Notes: generated by a model from the sequence alone, not told the origin. 63,676 nucleotides of DNA, filler included, from Guillardia theta CCMP2712 (GCF_000315625.1; 5 parts of 5 records of this genome joined end to end with filler, not necessarily neighbours in it); one strand, 5' to 3'; shown: positions 47,001-59,795, counted from the first letter of the whole stretch. Numbers and translations: made by a program.

Positions 47001-48722
47001 CAGCCTTCGGGTAGAGAACCTCGTGTCTTCGTATCGCAGGAAGTACATCAGCACGATCGAGCACACCCTCCACCGCGGACTATCCGCTCGCTGCTCTCCA
47101 AGGACATACTTCACCGCCGCTATCGCCTTGTCTCTGAAAGACTTGGCGTCTTCAGGGCTGTAAGCCAGCACGTACGTGTCTGCCTTGGACGTGTCTGTGA
47201 GGGGAGGATAGCTCGATACGACATCCTTGGCAGCATGCAGTGCAGCTGTACTGCTCCTGATGTCTCTCAGAGCCTCGCCGTCGCTCACCAGGCAGAAGCC
47301 TCCCGGAATGTCATCAACGTTCATCGATACACAAGGTTGTGTCTCTTTGCATCTCCTCGCGCAGTCTAGTAAGACGCTGTCAAGCGGTCTGTTGCAAGCG
47401 AACATCCCTGTCTCTGCATCCAGAAGCGACTCAAACAGCTTCGACTTGTCGCTTGCTGTCTTGCCCTTGCCGCATGTCAGCAGCAGAGTCCAATGCTTGG
47501 GCAGCGCCTTCACTTCCGGATCTTGCGGCAGACCTTCTGACACTCCCTCGATCTTGTCCCGACAAGCGTCTATGACCACAAGCACCCTCGGATGATATCC
47601 TGATACGTCTTGCTCAAAGTCTCTGAAGAACTTGAAAACCTCCTTCATTGACAGCATCTTATCACCCATCTCCCGGAATGATAACCCTCTCACTTCCTCC
47701 ACGTCCGTCGGTACCAACATCTGATCCTTGCTCCTTGACTCGTAGATGCCATGGCCCGCGTAGAAGAAGATCACCAGCTCCGGACACGCTCCCTCTAGCT
47801 CCCTCAGACTCCTCCTCAGGCACCCCTTCATCGCGGACAAAGTTGGGTTCGAGCTCAAGACCGAGTGACACTGCGGGAGTGAGCAGAGCTTCTCATGCAG
47901 CTCCGTCGCATCCTCCACGGCCCTCGCAAGCGGCTTGAGCTCTCCCTGGTAGTCGTTGAGCCCCATGCACAGCCCGTACACCCGAGGATGCTCCAGGAAG
48001 ATCAAGTCTGCCTCGAAGCTCCGCTCCGTCCGACTGTCCTCGAAGCTCTGGGAGCGATACGTCGACTGACCTGACAGAGCGCTAGCAACACATCGAGTCA
48101 CTTCCGTACCCTCCTCTCACGCCCTCCTCCTCCGTCTACGCTCTTACCTGTTGCGCCTCGAGAAGCTCTCGTCCGCTCTACCTCCCTCTAGAGCAAGCTC
48201 CATCACTCGCCTGACAAGCTCCCGAGCACCCTCGTCGTCACCGCCTCCTCCCTCGCCAAGCAAGACGGCTTCATCCGCCTTGCGTGTCTCTTGTCTCGTG
48301 CTGCTGTCAGATCCTCTCCCTCCTCTCCTCTCTATCGCTTTCATCCTAGCACGAGTCAAGCTCCGGCCTGTCGCCCGGCCCGAGACAGCCTCGTCCTTGC
48401 TACGAGCCCCCCAGCTCTCTGAGGTCATGACGTGCAGGCAGAGCTCGTCATCCGGCCGCTCCTCCTCTCTGAAGCACAGGAGCCGCTCCAGGAGCGAGTC
48501 TTGGCCCTCCAGGTCGATGATGCTGATGAGGCGGGTGGTCTTTCGTTGCATGCCGGCCAAGAGCTTGTCTAGCAAGCGCTCGGTCTGAGAGACGGGGCTG
48601 CTGCTCCATGCCTGGAGGTCTGAGAAGGTCTTGAGGAGAGAGTCAAACCTCTTCTGCACGTATCCCTCCATGGCAGGCTTGATGCTGCTGCTCGCTCCGT
48701 CTCCTTGCGTCCCTCCCGCCAT
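44020..48722 (-). CDS. Caspase-like (peptidase C14) protease fused to an R-S-E mono-ADP-ribosyltransferase; 1-nt frameshift near 44778; 3' end in a gap
   Basis: Exons 48722-48148, 48081-46269, 46150-44863 and 44798 to below 44020, joined by GT-AG introns of 66, 118 and 64 bp. C14 motifs GLCMGLNDY, IFFYAGHG, LVVIDACR. ART motifs LYTGPMY, VVYRGL, MLSTST, SQYPEEKEILYPP. Confidence 0.82.
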
Positions 48723-49067
48723 CCTGCCGCGCTCCCAGCAAAGGTCTCCCAGATATATGAACTCTCTCAGTGACAGTCCTCGATGGGAGGCCCGGTCCGA
48801 CTTAATCGGAGCAGCCCGAGAGCTCTGAGGCGGACCTCTGCCTGCACATCGTACGTCATGCCGGGGCAGGGAAGACGGGAGGGAGAGGGAGACGCGAGAG
48901 AAGGAGAAGAAGAGACAGAAAGAGAAGAAAGAGAGAGAAGTGAGAGACGATGATGATGATGAATAAGAGAGATAGTAGTGAGAAGCGCTGGCATCTGAAA
49001 GTGATTGAGCTCTGTCGATAACCGGAACCGACGTTTCAGAGTTTCTGCTTCGCCAACGCAAGAAAGA

Positions 49068-50013
49068 ATGGAGGAGGAAGTAGGAGACGTGATCTTGACG
49101 TGCGACATGGAGGCAGCCGGACCTCTGAGACTGAAGATCGACAGCTTCGAAGGAAGCAAGGAGGACCTGACCAGCGGCATCCATCCAGAGAATGCAGAGA
49201 GTCTCCTCGCCAACCTGTTTGTGGAAGCTCAGATCATGGAGGGAGAGACAGCGGTGGGTCTTCCCTCCCGCACATGCTACACATCCTACGGGAACCAGTG
49301 TCGCTGGAACGACCTGCTGACCTTCAACCACGTGAGGTACTGGCATCTTCCTAGGGACGCCGCCGTCCACCTCACGCTGCGGGCGCTCTATGCTCCGAGG
49401 AAGTACGTGTCGCTGGGGGAAGCGTCGTTCAGGCTGTTCAGCAAGAAAGGACAGCTGAAGAGCGGGAGGAAGAAGATCCAGGTGGAGTTCTACCATGGCA
49501 ACGAGACGACCATGGACGCGCAGCAGCTGTCGCCTCCGCCTCACGCGCTGAAGAAGCATGGAGGAAGCGTTCCGAGCATGGAGAAGCTGGAGAAGCTGAT
49601 GCAGCGGTACGATCGCAACGCGATGGAGCGAGTGCCATGGCTGGACGCGCTCGCCTTCAGGAGGATCCAGCAGCTCAACAAGGACGTCGGAGACGGGACT
49701 TGTCGCCCGACCATCACGGTTGAGATGGAGAGGTGGGACCGGACGGTGATGTACGGGGTCAGGCCCTACACGCAGATACCGAGCGGAGGGAACTCGCTGC
49801 TGCCCGATCCTGAGCTCGGGTGCGACAACCCCGTCGAGCACAAGCATCGCAAGCTCGCGCGATCTCTGCACAGGGCTCACCAGGACCGCAACCTGCAGCC
49901 TGACGCGGAGGAGAGACGGCAGATAGAAACTCTCCTCAAGGCCCCATGGGACTGGGCAGACCTGACAGGGGTGAAGATGAACGTGGAGCACAAGGAGCTG
50001 CTGTGGCGGTACC
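49068..50013 (+). CDS. VPS34: Phosphatidylinositol 3-kinase class III, N-terminal C2 region (truncated by contig end)
   Basis: RWNDLLTF...HLPRDA, LFSKKGQLKSG, EKLEKLMQRY...VPWLDALAFRRI, DPELGCDNPVEHKHRKLARS...NLQP, KELLWRY. Confidence 0.93.
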
Positions 50014-50057
50014 NNNNNNNNNNNNNNNNNNNNNNNNNNNNNNNNNNNNNNNNNNNN

Positions 50058-50069
50058 TTAATTAATTAA
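50058..50069. other. Artificial contig-join linker
   Basis: TTAATTAATTAA within Ns. Confidence 0.93.
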
Positions 50070-50121
50070 NNNNNNNNNNNNNNNNNNNNNNNNNNNNNNN
50101 NNNNNNNNNNNNNTCCCCAAT

Positions 50122-53100
50122 GTGGTTAGGACCTTGAAGAAATTTGCTTCACAAGGCAAAGACTGCACTTTTATCTACACCCGTGCTTTCAAAGACGTTA
50201 TCGACAACCTCAGAGCAATCGACGAAACGGGCGTTCAAGCAGAACTAGGCAGTTGGATAACATCTCAAATCCATCGCAACGCAACGGAAGAAAACTTCTT
50301 CTACGAGGGAGAACCCCAGATAGAAGATTTTTTGAAATTCCATCAACACATGATGAACTTCACTACCAGAGGCACGAAACACCCAATACCTATCCTTCAA
50401 GCAGGACAAGAAAGCCCTGGCAAGAAATCAACAGAAGCACATCATTCAGGTCAGAAACGAAAGGCGAACGCCGTGTTTTCAGCCTCCATGAAACAAAACA
50501 ATGCACCACAGAAAGTCAGGAAACAACAACAAGCAAACTTTACTGGATGCAAAATCTGCAAAGAAAAACGACTTCCAGCAAGGATTTCTCTCAGTCACGC
50601 TACCAACGAGCATGACGCATCTAGGATCGGAGAAAGAGCCACTGGCAATAAAACAGCGCCAACCATGAAGAGGATCACAGGAAGCATTTCAACCGGTTTT
50701 CAGACAAGGGCAGGAAGATCCGCAAAATTTACCGCCAAGAGTCATCGCTCGTCGAACCCAAACCGTTCAAACGAGGAGAGCGGACAATACCCGAAGTCAA
50801 AATACAAGCAAACAGTCAGCATCGACAAGAAAGTCCTCGTGAACCTCACAAAAGCCCTGCAAGAAGCCACCTCTACCGACCAAACTGAAACCCAAGAATC
50901 AGTTCAAGAATCACCTAGCAGTGATGAAGACGAATCCGATGAACCGTCCTCATCTCGAACACCTCCGAAACGACTGAAAGAAGTCGTAAAAGAGACGTTC
51001 CGAGGCACACTAGGACGCAGTTCTAGAAAGAATAAATCTCCCAAGGAGTATCCCTGTTCTAAAAATTATGTTGTATATCAAAGTGATACCAGGTCGAAAA
51101 CTGAAGAGACCCAACTGCACAAGCTTGATGCAGCTCTGTTCTCAAAAGTTTCAAAACCATGGTACCTTGAATACATCTTTCATATACCCAGACTACTGAT
51201 CAGGAACACTGATCGGTATCAAGTTTTCCTACACGCGTTAAAAGCGAAAGAACAACAAGAGTCCCTGTACGCTATTGTCGACTCAGGTGCAACTGTAAGC
51301 GTACTCTGCAATCCAAGTTGGTTACAGAGATCGTTTACACACAAAACTGAGATCACCGGCGTGGGGGGCAGCAAGATCAATACATCGCTCGGAGGAATTC
51401 TAGCAGGAACGATAGCATCAGTCGAAGGAAAACGTTTTGCATTTGCAACTATAGCAACAGTAATCAACGACGAAAATGCCAAAATCAACCTGTTATCCAT
51501 CTGGCGAATTACAAATAGTGGTCATACAATAATCCATAAAGGTAAACCAGAAGGAGGACTACACGGAATCATTACACTCAACAATGAATTTATACCTTTC
51601 TACTTCTGCCCAAGCACCTACCTATGGTACGTCGAAATCCAAAGACCCAACAGGAAGACCAATAAGATAATCTCCAAGCTATCAGCAAAAACCATCTGGG
51701 ATAAAGACACAATTCTCAGAGAAATTCAAGAAGGCGAAATACCACTCACGGCAACAATCAAGGAGTCAACACATACGACAAATACACAAAGTACATCAAA
51801 ACGCAGAATCCACCTGATCATCCACGGCGCAGACTGGAGAGCGTACCTCGTTGGGGGGGAAGAATCAACATCTAACAAGCTGCGATGCNNNNNNNNNNNN
51901 NNNNNNNNNNNNNNNNNNNNNNNNNNNNNNNNNNNNNNNNNNNNNNNNNNNNNNNNNNNNNNNNNNNNNNNNNNNNNNNNNNNNNNNNNNNNNNNNNNNN
52001 NNNNNNNNNNNNNNNNNNNNNNNNNNNNNNNNNNNNNNNNNNNNNNNNNNNNNNNNNNNNNNNNNNNNNNNNNNNNNNNNNNNNNNNNNNNNNNNNNNNN
52101 NNNNNNNNNNNNNNNNNNNNNNNNNNNNNNNNNNNNNNNNNNNNNNNNNNNNNNNNNNNNNNNNNNNNNNNNNNNNNNNNNNNNNNNNNNNNNNNNNNNN
52201 NNNNNNNNNNNNNNNNNNNNNNNNNNNNNNNNNNNNNNNNNNNNNNNNNNNNNNNNNNNNNNNNNNNNNNNNNNNNNNNNNNNNNNNNNNNNNNNNNNNN
52301 NNNNNNGCTCCATCGTCGAGTATGTCCATATGTAACTTGGATCGGCAAGAAATACCTTTTCCAACTGGCAGAAAACATCGAAGGCATGGAGGAATTGAAG
52401 AGAATCAATCCAAAGACACCCCTGCCGACATGTCACACATGCCGCAGAGCGAAAACCAAGGCAGCTCCATTACCAAAATTCAGACACAAAAGATCCGATG
52501 TCAGATTTCACAGGCTGCATGGGGATATGAGCTCCTATCGAGTCCGCTCGATCGAAGGAGCAAAGTACCTCCAACTCTGGAAAGACGACTTCTCAGGATT
52601 CAAGATGCCTGTAGGTTTAGCGAGCAAGAAAGGTTACAGGAAATCGTTACGACTTGTTGTCACGAGATTCAACAATGGGGTCTACCCCAAAGTGATTCGA
52701 GTTGACAATGGGAGCGAAATGGTTTCAAAGAAATCACTGAAGATGTACGAGAAGCACAACATCCACCTAGAAAGAAGCGCACCATATGAACATTGGCAAA
52801 ATGGAAGAGCTGAATCTGGAATCTACTCGTTAGATACAAGGACTAGATTGGCAATCGTACACTCAAACGTTCCGAAAAATCTCTGGCTCAGCGCTATATA
52901 TTACAACGCAGAGATCGAGAATGCATTCCTTCCTACCAGCAGAAACTCAAACATCAGTTGCTACCAAGCGTTTACAGGCACATCACCAAACGCAGAACAC
53001 TTCCATCCATTCGGTTGCCTCTGCTACGTTCATATCCTAAAGGACAGAAGATTAGATCAAAAGAAAGACAAAAAACTCGAGCCAACAGCAGAAGTTTGCG

Positions 53101-55457
53101 TGTTTCTTGGCTTCGCCCACCACCTAGGAATGAAAGGTTATTTGGCAGCAGCACTGAATGGGAAACAACTGTACGTCACACAGAACAATATAAGTTTCAA
53201 CGAAGAAGTATTCCCCTACAGATTTTCTCACCCGGAGGACAGATCTTGGAAAATACCATACGGCGGAACTGATGATTTTGGCGACGACAACGTCATTGTG
53301 CTCAAAAGAGCCGGTGAACGATTGATCGAAATGTCAGATACATCAGACGCATCAGATTCAGAATCTGAAGATGCCGGTGGAAACTCCAGCGCCCAACCTG
53401 AAGAGAGAAATCGACAACCGTTTGCAGATCAACAACATGGCATAGCACACAATGATCCCATGGTGATCCAAGTGAGGCAACAAGCTATTGAAGTTGACAA
53501 CCATCTCACGAGAACCTGTTCTGAGACATCAGTTGTAAGAGAGAGTGATATCACACAAGACGAACAAGTAGCGGTGGATCCAGGCCTATCAGAAAGAGGG
53601 CACATGAACCGTGAACTAGCCAGTCTTCAAGTCGAAACCTACAACAGTGGTGAAAAGGATTTTGAGTGGGATAAACTCACCCAAATACCTGAACATCAAC
53701 TGAGGTCAGGACGAATTGTACAGAAAACGAATGTGGACACACCGACAAGTAATTCAGACCACGAAGACAACGATCTTCCAGCAGGAATTGAAGAGTTCGA
53801 CAATCAAGACTTCATCAATGCGACACTACTTCCATCAGGAAGCACACTAGAGTTCCTTACGAACCTTGGCATCCCTTATCAAGATCGCACCTTAACGAAG
53901 CGACAATACTGTGGAGTACTTATCGACACATACAATAACCTGGAAGAGAAAATCATGACATGGTCACACGGGCCACCACAACGAAACATGTACAACGAAA
54001 ATCATTACAACGAAGAAATCGACAGCTTGATGTCTTTTCTTCAAGGATGCAAGAAAGATGAAAGAAGAGAATCAAGGATACAAAAAGCTCAACTATTCTA
54101 CACAGGCATGTTGTCGGCAACCAGCCATATCGCGTTTGACAATGACGAACCAAGCATCAAAGAAGCTCTCAACAACAACAACCCAGAGAGACACCATTGG
54201 ATAACAGCAATTCAGTCAGAGGCACGATCATGGAACGGACTAAAAGTATTCGAGGAAGTTGACAACATCCCAGACGGAAGAAAGGCAATCGGATGCAGAA
54301 TCATCCTTAAAAGGAAAAGAGGACCGAATGGAGAAGTATTGAAATACAAGGCAAGAGCGATCATACAAGGTTACAACGCGGTACAAGGGATCGCTTACCT
54401 CGACTCCTTCTCAGCGACAGCGAACCCAGTTACGATCAGACTCCTCCTGACAATCGCCAGAGCAAACAAATGGCACGCCAGATGTCAAGACATCTCAACT
54501 GCATACCTNNNNNNNNNNNNNNNNNNNNNNNNNNNNNNNNNNNNNNNNNNNNNNNNNNNNNNNNNNNNNNNNNNNNNNNNNNNNNNNNNNNNNNNNNNNN
54601 NNNNNNNNNNNNNNNNNNNNNNNNNNNNNNNNNNNNNNNNNNNNNNNNNNNNNNNNNNNNNNNNNNNNNNNNNNNNNNNNNNNNNNNNNNNNNNNNNNNN
54701 NNNNNNNNNNNNNNNNNNNNNNNNNNNNNNNNNNNNNATCATCGCGTTAGTAGTCGACGACATCATCCAAGCTAGCAACAGCCAAGCACTATTTGCATTG
54801 AAGTTCGACGACTTCATGATGAACACAAAAGGATACAGCGTAACAACTGACAACGATCTTAGCTTCTATCTGGGAGTCGCGTACAAGAGGGACGAAGCTG
54901 GAGACTTCATCAGCAACCAGCAAGCGTACATCGAAAAATGTTTGAAAAGATTCAACCTCGAGGGGATCGACCCTACAGGGAAATTCACCACGCCAATGGA
55001 TCCCAAGTTCGTGATCGAACCAGAAGACGTTGATCCGCACGCGCCTGAAGACTTAGTCAAAATCTACAGAAGCCAAGTAGCAAGTCTGATATACATAGCA
55101 ACATGGTCAAGACCAGAAATCAGCTATGCAGTATCATTGCTATCAAGATATCTCACAAGTCCTACGAAGAAACGCTATCAAGACAACGCCGCCTGCATCA
55201 AGCTCAGCGAGAATCCCGTCAGCAAGAGCAGATCGAAACACATCAAGAGAAGACACCATTTCATACGACAATGCGTTGCCAACAAGGAGATCACCTTGGA
55301 AGCAATTCATACAAGCGAGCAAGTTGCTGATATATTCACAAAACCGCTGCCCGCTGATCAGTTTCTCTATCTAAGAGACCAATTGTTGAACCTCCCTGAA
55401 GCAACACGCTATCAAAGGAAAACAAAAAGTAATTCATACGATGATTACCTTTGGTAA
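50122..55457 (+). CDS. Copia gag-pol polyprotein (two N gaps)
   Basis: Zn-knuckle-like CKIC...H...H; protease AIVDSGAT; CHTC + integrase LHGD...VDNGSE...NGRAE; RT KYKARAIIQG, QDISTAY, LVVDDI; RNase H tail YQDNAACI, SRSKHIKRRHHFIR, ADIFTKPL. Confidence 0.9.
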
Positions 55458-56296
55458 TTTTCAAAATGAATAAACTTTTCTCAAACTTGTCTAAGATCCT
55501 TCGAAGGACAAAGACACATACGCGAAGTGCTGAGCGCCTCTGGACTGTTCTAGTACCAGGGAGTAGCATAGTACAAGCGAAACCATAAGCATGTGGCACA
55601 ACTTGAGCATCCCTGGGGCATTGCGACTTCAGAGGGTAGTGATAGTTGCTTGCAAACGCAAATGGATATGGGAGAAAGGAGTAAGAGTTTCATAGCACAG
55701 CTTCCCCATAGTACATGGGCTGATTTGGTGACATGGAAACATGATTGCTAATCAGGGCGATGGCGCGTAACATGATTTCTTTTGAAACATGGAAACGTAC
55801 TCTTCGTTAACTCACCACCGTGGGTAACCGGCGTGTAGCAAAAGCTACATAGCTGCTCTAAACTTCCATTGAAGCTAGTTGATGATGCGAAAAGCTACAT
55901 CAGGGTTTGGAATTGCTTACCCCACACAATCAGCAGTGTGTGAAAGGCAATACAACGTCTCGTTACCTCAAAAATGCTACACGCAATTCCTCACGTGCAT
56001 CCACAAAATGCTACGAAGGAAACGTAAAAGCATGTGGAAACGACGTGTTATGCTCACTGAAAGGCATATGAATGCATGTATGACTTTGGAACCTAAGTCA
56101 TTCGCTGAAACATACTGGGAACTCACCGTCCTGGGCCACATTTGCATTTTGGCTTTCTGCCATTTTCGCATTTTGTTGGTTAGTTCGCGAAGAGTCAAAG
56201 GGAGACCCTCATACAGCATCGGAGCCGTTGGGTCGATTCCGGGACAGTGTTGCATAAATCAATGCTCTCACGCAGTGACGACACTAAGTTTCGAGC

Positions 56297-56672
56297 AAGG
56301 GGGAGTGATGTTGCACCCGCATGACGTTACGTCAGTAACGGACATGGCAGCATCATGCGAGTAGTCGCAAGAGGCTACGTACGCTGGCGAGGTGTATAAT
56401 GCTAGAATCGAAGATGTGTACTGGACGTAGACGTACGTACAACACATTGGTATGATGAAAGCATGAGGCTGGTATAAACCGATACACATGTTTACTCATT
56501 GCTGTATTACGGGTTAAGCCTGACCTCGACATATAAGCAACCCATCTTAGACGTTGGCCACGTCATCGGAATGGGATTGCACGAACATTGACGTGTGTTC
56601 TCTTACTGCTGTACATAAACAAATCTAGCTTCATTGTTCATCTGTTCTACTCCTAAGTGCACTATCGCTATC
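56297..56672 (+). repeat. Polypurine tract (AAGGGGGAG, 56297-56305) and putative 3' LTR from 56306
   Basis: The PPT is directly followed by TGAT; the contig ends in ...TATC, compatible with a TGAT...ATCA terminus. There is no second LTR to compare. Confidence 0.65.
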
Positions 56673-56716
56673 NNNNNNNNNNNNNNNNNNNNNNNNNNNN
56701 NNNNNNNNNNNNNNNN

Positions 56717-56728
56717 TTAATTAATTAA
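56717..56728. other. Artificial contig-join linker
   Basis: TTAATTAATTAA within Ns. Confidence 0.93.
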
Positions 56729-57512
56729 NNNNNNNNNNNNNNNNNNNNNNNNNNNNNNNNNNNNNNNNNNNNGATATTCTAAAATAACCCCTACCCCCCA
56801 CTTAAGATAAGAGCAGCTACCCTACCCTACTTCAGACTGTTCACGGCCCGCGCTACAAGTTTCCGCCACCCGCTCCCCTCCACCGTTTCCCCAATCTCCT
56901 CCTCTCCCTCCCTCCCTTGCTCTAGGATCGACTCGACCACTCGAAATTGAGGTAGCCTCCTCTCTTGGATACTCACTGCCTCCCTCGTTCCTCCTGTTCC
57001 CCTCCTCCTCCCATTGCCTGTTGTATCCGTCCAAATTCGTTACTTCCTTCACTCGCCCATCCACCCCTTCTCTCAGCCCTTCCCCATCCCCATTTGGAAG
57101 TGCCCGTTGCTCTCCACAACTTTGGCAGCCTCTGAACGCATTCTCATCATTGCCGTGAACTTTGATCTATCTGCGATTCATCATCCTCTCTCCCTCTCGC
57201 GGCTCTCATCGCGCGAACGAACTTCCGTGGTTTGGCCACAACACATGTTGATTTCCGAACGTGCCCCGCTAACTTGGACTCCCTGCTCTCCGCCTCACGC
57301 AAAACTTCCATCAAATCCCATCTCTCCATCATGATCTAATCCTCGAGCTAGTTTCACACCATTTGACCTCCCCCCCATTCCTCGCCTGCTGATTCCTTGC
57401 TCAACTGAGCTGGGGCCCTAAACCCCTCCGCACATTACGATCCTGACTGTTGGATTTCAGAAGACATGAACATCTGAACAGGACCGGAACAGCAGGAAGA
57501 GGAGCATCAAGC

Positions 57513-58149
57513 ATGGCAAGCGTTCAAGTTTTCCCCCGGAGGAAGAAGAGCGGGATGGAGCGAGGCGAAGCGTTAAACCTGACTCACTCAGACATTTTAA
57601 GTCTCATGCACATGAGGCAGGAGGAGGCGGCAAAGAAGCTGGTACCTGCCTCCTCCTTTCACACCTCCCTGCCTCACTGACTCTGTGAACCCGCAGGGCA
57701 TATCAGTGACGGCTCTGAGGAGTGCAAGTAAGAAGCTGGGCATCCACAAGTGGCCATACTCGCGAAGCTCTGGCGACGATTCGAGTCACGAGGTCGCCGA
57801 GTCGGACAGTGGCGGCCCCTCAACATCTGCTCCTTCCTCCATGAACGCTGCACCATCGATCTTCACGCCCGCCATGACGATCCTGTCACCGGCAGCGTCG
57901 CAAGACAGCGCAAGCTACCATCAACCCATGGCGGTGTGCGACTGGCCTTCTACAACAGCAGACGTGGATAGTCCTAGTGTCTCGGAGGTCAACCATGAGG
58001 CTAGTTATGGACTTCATCCTAACTTGTGCCTTGACGACGAGGGAGGTCACCTGTCCCCTCGCTACATCAACTGGTTCGTTCAGATGTCGGACGGGGAGAG
58101 CGAGGAGTTCTCGTTCTACTTGCGGCAGGAGGCGTCAATGATGACTTGA
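57513..58149 (+). CDS. RWP-RK domain transcription factor (2 exons; intron 57642-57696)
   Basis: MASVQVFPRRK...LTHSDILSLMHMRQEEAAKKL|GISVTALRSASKKLGIHKWPY. The 55-bp intron is GT...CTGAC...CAG. Confidence 0.9.
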
Positions 58150-59244
58150 TGAGAGTTCATGTTTTTTCTGCAAGTTGTTCGCTCGAGGTTGTCGATGGAC
58201 GTTGACATGCGACGGGCGACTCAGAGGTGGACTGATAGTCCTCATCGAGGATTTTGGCCTGGGGTCAACCTGTACACTACATGCGCAGTCAATTAAGGTG
58301 TGAAACATTTTCTCCCTCGATTCCAGTCGGCTGGGCGAGCAATCGGATGCTACCTGTTAGCGACATCATCAGGATTGTACTTGAAACCACTGGTACGAAA
58401 GTTTCAAGCACAAGACGAATGTACTGCGGAGCGAAAGTAACCTTTACAAAGGAACTAGAAAATAAAGGCAGCAAACGACTGCGGATGCCAACCCAGGCAA
58501 ACGTCGGCAGTTCAATCCTTTACCCTTCAACCAGCGGGGATGTAATGCATATGCCTGAAAAGGACTGGACAAAGAAACGTTTCGCAGTCTAGCCAGAATT
58601 CTCAAGCTTCTTCACCACCTTCCTCAGTCTTGGGCGCTTTTCCCCCGACATTGAGGATGTGGACGTCAAAGAATGTGCACGAGTCCGCTGGTACACTTGA
58701 AGGTGTTGCCGGTGATATGACGAGTTAGTGCAGTGTTGCGTTTTATTTGACATCCAATACAAAGTATACTGATTACACACCATGCGGTCTCATGGCTGTT
58801 AGGAAGAGAGCAGATGTCATCAGGTACTTGTCAGTCGGAACAGAAACCCTTCCGAAGACTCAAGTAGAACTGCAACGGGTGACTGTGAACCAGCAAGCGT
58901 CGTGCGGCAGCTCAGGTACGCAACTCGCTTCTCGACGGCACTCTTCCATGAGAGGAGGGACAACAAGACAGATGTAAGAGATTTTCAACTCACCGCAGGG
59001 ATTGTCTCCAGAGCGTCAGAAGCCCTCGCCGGGTTTGCGGTTGCTCCATGCGATGACAGCGACATGGCATAATGCTGTCTACTCTTGCTCATCGCAACTA
59101 CTCTCTTGCCCTCGCCTCTGCTATGCGCAGGCTATGATGGAGCGGGAAAAGAGAAGGAATTGACTGTCTAGGAAGCTGATGATAACAAGGGAGTTGAGAG
59201 NNNNNNNNNNNNNNNNNNNNNNNNNNNNNNNNNNNNNNNNNNNN

Positions 59245-59256
59245 TTAATTAATTAA
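59245..59256. other. Artificial contig-join linker
   Basis: TTAATTAATTAA within Ns. Confidence 0.93.
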
Positions 59257-59795
59257 NNNNNNNNNNNNNNNNNNNNNNNNNNNNNNNNNNNNNNNNNNNN
59301 GGCAAGTGGATTATCAACGAAAGCCAATGTAGCTAACTAAAATCAAATAAAAAATACTAAAAAGGGGGCAAACCCGAAACGGTCCTTGGTCTAGCCTCTG
59401 TGTAGCCCCGGTCAAAGTATCATATGCCTTGTTAAGTGGTTAGTATCTCCCCTAGCAAGGTAAGCACCCTCCTACTCCTCTGTTCCTGCCTCCTCCTGCC
59501 TCCTCCTTGTCTACCTCCTCCTCTTGCCAATCCCCGCTCTTCTCCCCCCCCCCCCCCCTTGGTGCTGGTGCTGGTGCTGGTGCTGGTGCTGGTTGCCCTC
59601 CTCCCTCGTCCTCCTCTCCTCCCTAGGCTTCCCCCTTGTCCTGCTCTGAAGTTCGGGAGCAGGAGACGTTCGAGAGGGACGAGGAGGAAGTTGAGGGGCT
59701 GGTGGAGGAGGCGATCAAGGACGAGAATCGGGCTGAGAACTCGGAGCTGACCAAGATGCTGATGCAAACCATGCCGTGGAAGCAGGGAATGACCA

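Larger units (their letters stand above)
50114..56672 (+). mobile_element. Ty1/copia LTR retrotransposon (5' LTR not in the contig; internally deleted)
   Basis: Domain order gag-PR-INT-RT-RH, followed by a PPT and a putative 3' LTR. A-rich and intronless, unlike the host genes. Confidence 0.93.

Noticed and set aside
48144-49991. 615-aa minus-strand ORF as a single protein
   Set aside because: Most of it is the antisense shadow of VPS34 plus intergenic DNA; only 48722-48148 is taken as an exon.
56213-56250. tRNA-like or box-B sequence GGGTCGATTCCGG
   Set aside because: No cloverleaf or box A is identifiable, and it is at the wrong end of the element for a primer-binding site.
49068-56672. 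Copia insertion disrupting VPS34
   Set aside because: An artificial linker separates them, so the adjacency is not evidence of an insertion.
58200-59070. Possible small minus-strand spliced gene
   Set aside because: Some splice-like signals exist, but I could not build a consistent frame or recognise a motif.
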